A stretch of DNA of 63,272 nt, the filler included, from Intoshia linei (lineage: Eukaryota > Animalia > Orthonectida), in NCBI GenBank assembly GCA_001642005.1. It is 7 parts of 7 records of this genome, joined end to end, with 100 filler letters (N's around TTAATTAATTAA, not from the genome) between each part and the next. Parts side by side here need not be neighbours in the genome. Positions count along the whole stretch, not along the records: positions 56,651 to 59,315 come from LWCA01002248.1; positions 59,416 to 62,086 come from LWCA01002247.1; positions 62,187 to 63,272 come from LWCA01002802.1; 4 more parts are not named here. One strand, 5' to 3'. The notes beneath the pieces were generated by a model. That model did no database searches and was not told the DNA's origin. It saw nothing but the letters and a program-made list of their open reading frames with translations. A program made the translations under genes and the position numbers. Below are positions 57,821-63,272 of the stretch, in pieces (position 1 is the stretch's first letter; each line of letters begins with the position of its first letter).

Positions 57821-58964
57821 TGTATTATTTGTATCAGACTCATTGAGACGTCTCATTTTTTGTAATTGTAATCATTTTTATGTTTTTTGTAACCTATGTC
57901 CACCAATTCTTCGATTTTTTCTTCGAAATTACATAATTGATATTTTTATTATCAACAAAAAGATTACATATAAGACATAATTTTATCTTGTTATTACTTA
58001 TTAAGACTCAGAAAATAGACGAATTAAGTAGTAGCGGAAAACTTTTACATAACATTAATGTTTACTTTGTGTCAACAATAAAATCAATTATATTTTAATA
58101 AAATATATAACGCGACGTGATTACGTGTCATAAATTAAATATATTTTATTGCTAATTTTAAGCCAAATATTAATGCCAAATTCACTTTACAAATCAATGA
58201 CCTTTGAAATTTCTGAATTTTAAGCTTTAAATTTTAGTGTTTTTTAACATTTCAAAAGTGAAAATTTTTGATTTTCAATTATGAAAATCAACAGTCTTGT
58301 AAAATTAAATGAACATAACTTTTATATAAATAAATATACATAGCTAATTATTTCATACTATATTGCTGTGAATATATGTGAATATTATGTGAATAATGAT
58401 ATATGTATAATATTGTGTTAAATTTTACTACTTTTGTCAATTAAAAAAAAAGTATATTTCAGCATCTCGGTTTTTTGCTATGCTGAACAAAATAATAAAA
58501 ATTTTTTTTTAATTTAGTTAAGAATAACTCTTGCGTATTTGTCATTTATCAAAAATCTGCAAAAAAATAAAAATAAAGTTAATTTCAGTTAAAATTAGTA
58601 AGTTACCATCATTATTTCTGTATCTGTAGCCCTGGAATAACGGGACTTCAATTATTTTCATGTGGTTACAATGTTTACATACATTTCTTCGATTAATAAT
58701 ACATGATTTTATATACCCGTGACGTCCACATGGGTGGTGTTTTCGCTCACGAGTGCTCATGATCATTTCAAAAATCTGCTCATTTAAATAATCAGATTAT
58801 ACATAGTTACAACGCCCAAAATCGGCTTGGCTTGTACATTTATATCTCGAGCCTAGATTCTGAAGCTGTAGTTACATGTAGGTTAGCATGAAACTCTAGC
58901 TTGACATATATCATAATATTTGTAGCCCTAAAATCGAAACTATTCACACATACAAATCGGTTAG

Positions 58965-59110
58965 TAGTCTTGTTCTTTCTCACCTTCATCAACGAAAACA
59001 ATTGTTCGCACGTATATGTACTACCAAAAAGGGTCAGTATCTTCATTGCATTGCTGTGAAGAAGGGGAAAATTGGTGGCCGAAATCCAATATCGATAAAA
59101 TTTCTGTAAA
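58965..59110 (-). mobile_element. hAT (Buster/SPIN-like) transposase C-terminal fragment
   Basis: FPLLHSNAMKILTLFGSTYTCEQLFSLMK.RKNK..NR motif. Confidence 0.8.
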
Positions 59111-61635
59111 AATAATCGTTATTTTTAATTTTTAGATAATGAACGTTCGATTAATTAATGTATTGAGGTCCATTTTTAAAATTTTTCATATAGGGGCCTA
59201 TACTTTCCATCGAGCCCGGACCCAGGCCTACTGCTGGCTCTCTACGACCATTATTATGATCAAATCAGCTTTAATTCTTAAATTATATCCGTTTAATTTA
59301 AGTAACTAGTTAACANNNNNNNNNNNNNNNNNNNNNNNNNNNNNNNNNNNNNNNNNNNNTTAATTAATTAANNNNNNNNNNNNNNNNNNNNNNNNNNNNN
59401 NNNNNNNNNNNNNNNATAGCACAAAATTATTGTGCAATTTGCTGTATGTATAATCGAGATTCCACTGTATTTATAATAATATACTATTTATATTAAAGAA
59501 ATTCACTTAAATTTAGTATTATGGCAAATAGATATTAAATTAAATAGAGTTAATTAGAAAAAATTACTATAATTGCCGAAATATGATTTTTGAAAAAAAT
59601 TTTAAAAACTTGGTAAAATTACCCCAAAAATGAATAAATTCTATTTCATGTAAAAAATTACTTTTTCCTGTTTACAAAATCTTGTCTTGTCGACAAATGG
59701 TCGACAAATAAATCACACTTTAAATTATAACTTAAAACTTTAAATCATAACTCTTATGAAATTTTTTTATGACATAAATTTAAATAGCGCATAACTATCA
59801 TAATTATTTATCAAAACTATAAAAATATTACCGAAACATAAAAGCTATTATCACTTTCATTATAAAATAAAAGAGCCACATTTTCAATTCTTAAATTTCG
59901 AATTATCTATGAAAAAAATATAAATCAAATGATAAATAAAAATTACATATTTATTAATTTTTATTTGTAACGCATTGACATCACAGCTTTCAATATTTTC
60001 TATATTAAATGAAATAAATGATTAAATATATAAACCAAAAAAACTGAGGAAATTTGGTTTTCTAAAACTGGAGTATAATCTGCTGATGCGCTTTTGCATT
60101 ATCAGGTAACTTTACAGGTGAATGTATACGGTAACTGAAAAGAAATACATTATAATAATAATATTAGGTCACTATTCGTTTATATTCTATTGCTGGGAAA
60201 TTTTGGTTTGTTATTGTTGTAGTATTTGTAGAATTGTATTTTTCTTTTTCTAAATTAACTCAAGATTTACAAATATATTAACGTTATGAGTAAATCATAA
60301 CTTGAAATCAATATTGTCAAATGTATCGTCACAATGAAACAATACCACATTTTATAAACATATATCCAATATATTTGATAATTTATTCCAATATATTTTT
60401 GTTTCCAATATTTATAATTGTTCCAATTCTTGTTGAATATTTAGGGGTTAGTTTACCAGTTCGAATTAAATTACAATAAAATTAGTTCTAATGACTGTTA
60501 TCGTGTGCTATTAAATTATTTCATTGCTAATAATGCAGGATTATTGATTCTCTTTATAGCATCAACTCATTTAAGCTTTCAATTTTTGGCTTATCTAAAA
60601 TTATATACATCTTTATAATTTTCACTTTTGTGGATTAAATTGTAAATACATTTTATCAGTCATTTTTTAAAGTTCAATTAATTATATTCTTATTTTTGTG
60701 GGTTTTATTTTATGTTGATTAATTGCTCCATCTTTATTTATTAGACAATGTAAATTATTTATATAAATAATAATAATTGTATATAATTTACTTTGGTACA
60801 TCTCCTCTAGCAGAGAAGTGCAGTATAATGTAGTAGTTTTGAATTATTATCGATTAATATATTAAAATTAACAAAATTGAATGTTGTCATTCTGACAAAT
60901 CAATTCTTTTTTAAACTTAGTAGATTTTGTTCAGAATACGGTGTTGTATGATGATGATTTTCTGATATTTTAAAATTTACAATAGTTTAGTGATAGTAAT
61001 CAATAAATATAACATGTCATTTTCAAATAGTTTTAAATATGAGGCAATATATATGTGTTATATATAATTTATGTATTATTAAAAACCAAACAGATGTAAG
61101 TCTCATGGGTGACATTGAAAGATTAGAAATAAATAAAAAATTTAGACTTATTTCTATTTTGAAATTATTAAAAATTATTTCCATTTGTGTTAATTAAACA
61201 TTGTCAAAACAATAAAATTTATCACAAATTATCAAATATATTAATCAATAATTATTATAATCAATGAATAGAAATAGAATAAAAAGCAAGTTATGAGAAT
61301 GAAAATGTGACTGTTCTTGATGCCTAAATTTTATCTTAAATTGCCGTAAAATGCTATTTTGATTAAGTTTGGCGTTAATTTATTTTAAATATTTGTTTAC
61401 ATTTGTTTGTTAATATAATTAATACTAATTTTCAAATAACTAATAATATTCTAAAAATAGTTTTTTTGTTGATAAAAAAAAAATAATATAATAAAATTGA
61501 ACCTAACGAAGGTAATTTATTTTTTCATATATGAAAATCTCACATCAACTTTTGATTGTCGCAAGTATAGGAAAAGTGTTAACCATGTCATGTCGATATG
61601 ATTGTCGAATATTAGAAGAGTTAGCAATTTTAATA

Positions 61636-62086
61636 TTAGGTCATTTACAAAGTAATGTTGTTTTTATAACTAATTAAAACTTCTAAAATAACAATTTTGA
61701 TTAACCTTTATTCTACAAAATTTTTTCCGGTACATTCAACAATTCTTCTCCAACGTTCCGGTACCTCTTAATTCCATTTTAAAAAAAACTCTGGCTTTTA
61801 TTTGTCAAAAAAGTATTTTTGTCAGATTTTAAATGCTTAATTGAATCGTATCTTTTTTTCCATGGTAATTGTTACTCATCGACCTAAAAAGGTGATAGTC
61901 AGAAGGAGCAATGTCTGGAGAATATGGTGGGGATCTAATACCTCATAATTAAAGTCCATTAAATGTTTTCTCGTCTTTATAGCAGTATGAGGTCTAGCAT
62001 TGTTGTGTAACAAAATATTATCTTTAGAGAAAATTCGAGGTCTTTTACGGTAAATTGCATCGGTCAATTTATCCAATTGTTCGCAA
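61636..62086 (-). mobile_element. Mariner transposon 3' half (same family as 6326-7185), cut by gap
   Basis: TIR TA|TTAGGTCATTTACAAAGTAATGTTG; LLHNNARPH, frameshifted [26 protein letters not shown]. Confidence 0.9.
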
Positions 62087-62419
62087 NNNNNNNNNNNNNN
62101 NNNNNNNNNNNNNNNNNNNNNNNNNNNNNNTTAATTAATTAANNNNNNNNNNNNNNNNNNNNNNNNNNNNNNNNNNNNNNNNNNNNGGGTCCAAACTTAA
62201 CCAATTTGAATAATTTTTTCAGGAAAGTGATCACCATCACTAATAATCCTGATGGTGAAATATACTTTTTGATCTTTGAATATGGTTATCACCCTAATAT
62301 ATATAAAATGTATTATAAAATTTTTTTACTAACCATTAAAACGAAATTACTAGGCAATATTAAAAAAATTGTGATAAAATACGCTATAAATTACTTTTAA
62401 TTAGAAAAAATTTTTTTTA

Positions 62420-62802
62420 ATAAAAACAGCACTAGAATTTAAAAAAAATTACAGGTGGTACAGTTGTATCCTGTTAAAACACACAAAAAATTTCAATCCG
62501 AATAAGTGACTACTTCACGGTCAAAAAAGCATTTTAGTATTTATATATTTTTTTTCGGAAATATTTTATTAAATTAAAAAATGTGAAATAATTAACGGTC
62601 CGAAAATTAAAAAAAAAAGATTATTCCGATAGAGCTTATTCCAGTTGATATAAATACAAAATTTCAACCCCACAAATCTACACAATACTGGGAAAATAAT
62701 GATTTTTATAATATTATCAACCAATATTTTTTTGTTATAATAAAAATGTACCCTCGGAAGAGCTAGGTGTTGTTTGTACGTAGTACATAACAGTTAACCC
62801 AG
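62420..62802 (+). mobile_element. Helitron-family copy with 3' hairpin
   Basis: Body matches 41750-42000 (reverse complement); ends GTTTGTACGTAGTACATAACAGTTAACCCAG|T. Confidence 0.75.
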
Positions 62803-63272
62803 TAGTATATCAATGACTAATTAGTAGAATGTAAACCGAATACACTGAAGCTTGTCAGTCTCAGAAACAATGCTTATAATGTAATAAAATGTAAAAATTA
62901 ATATACATAAGTAATGTACAGTGTTGTTCAATAGATTATAATAAATGTAAAAATTTTGTATTTATCGTCATATATTTTGTATATTATAACCTAAATAAAA
63001 TGTTTGATTTAAGTAAGTACTACCAATAAGTATTACATCGATTAAAAATATTGTTGTTTTCAAAATTAATGTACACGTAGTAAGAATGGATTTAAGTGTA
63101 TACGCGAAAAATTGCGTATTTAAGAAATATGTATCATAGTGAAGAAATCTTATAATAATACGATTTATCGACCTGCTAGTTATATATATTTGTTAAATTA
63201 TAACTCTTAACATCGCTCTCTTTTAGAAATTTAATTTTAAAATTCAAAATTTGATAATTTAAAATGGGCAAA

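Noticed and set aside
60050-61000. Possible minus-strand gene or retroelement relic
   Set aside because: The frames I translated contain multiple stops, and I could not support a consistent splice chain or motif.

Overview
Very AT-rich eukaryotic (metazoan) draft scaffold. It has many very short GT-AG introns (about 33-45 nt) and six 100-nt assembly gaps (N44-TTAATTAATTAA-N44). The architecture resembles a compact parasite genome such as the orthonectid Intoshia; this is an inference only. Spliced genes read from the sequence, in order: MRPS34 exon 1 (-), a tandemly duplicated seryl-tRNA synthetase (+), Tubby/TULP (-), an FN3-domain gene (+), FIS1 (+), HAGH/glyoxalase II (+), TRMT112 (-), an uncharacterised gene (-), PSMC2/Rpt1 (-), DRC7 (+, 3' end missing), CFAP58 (+) with a nested antisense BTB gene, and NUDT21 (-). 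Mobile DNA is abundant: a non-autonomous Helitron family, mariner, Tc3-like, pogo-like, hAT and piggyBac elements/MITEs, a Gypsy RT fragment, and an intronless, internally deleted SLC4 pseudogene. The main finding is the SerRS locus. Two SerRS copies lie in one reading frame (~880 aa). Copy 1 keeps the catalytic motifs but has a shortened, divergent tRNA-binding arm. Copy 2 keeps a conserved arm but has lost the catalytic motif residues. This looks like a subfunctionalised single-chain pseudo-heterodimer, and the two copies also carry complementary sets of introns.
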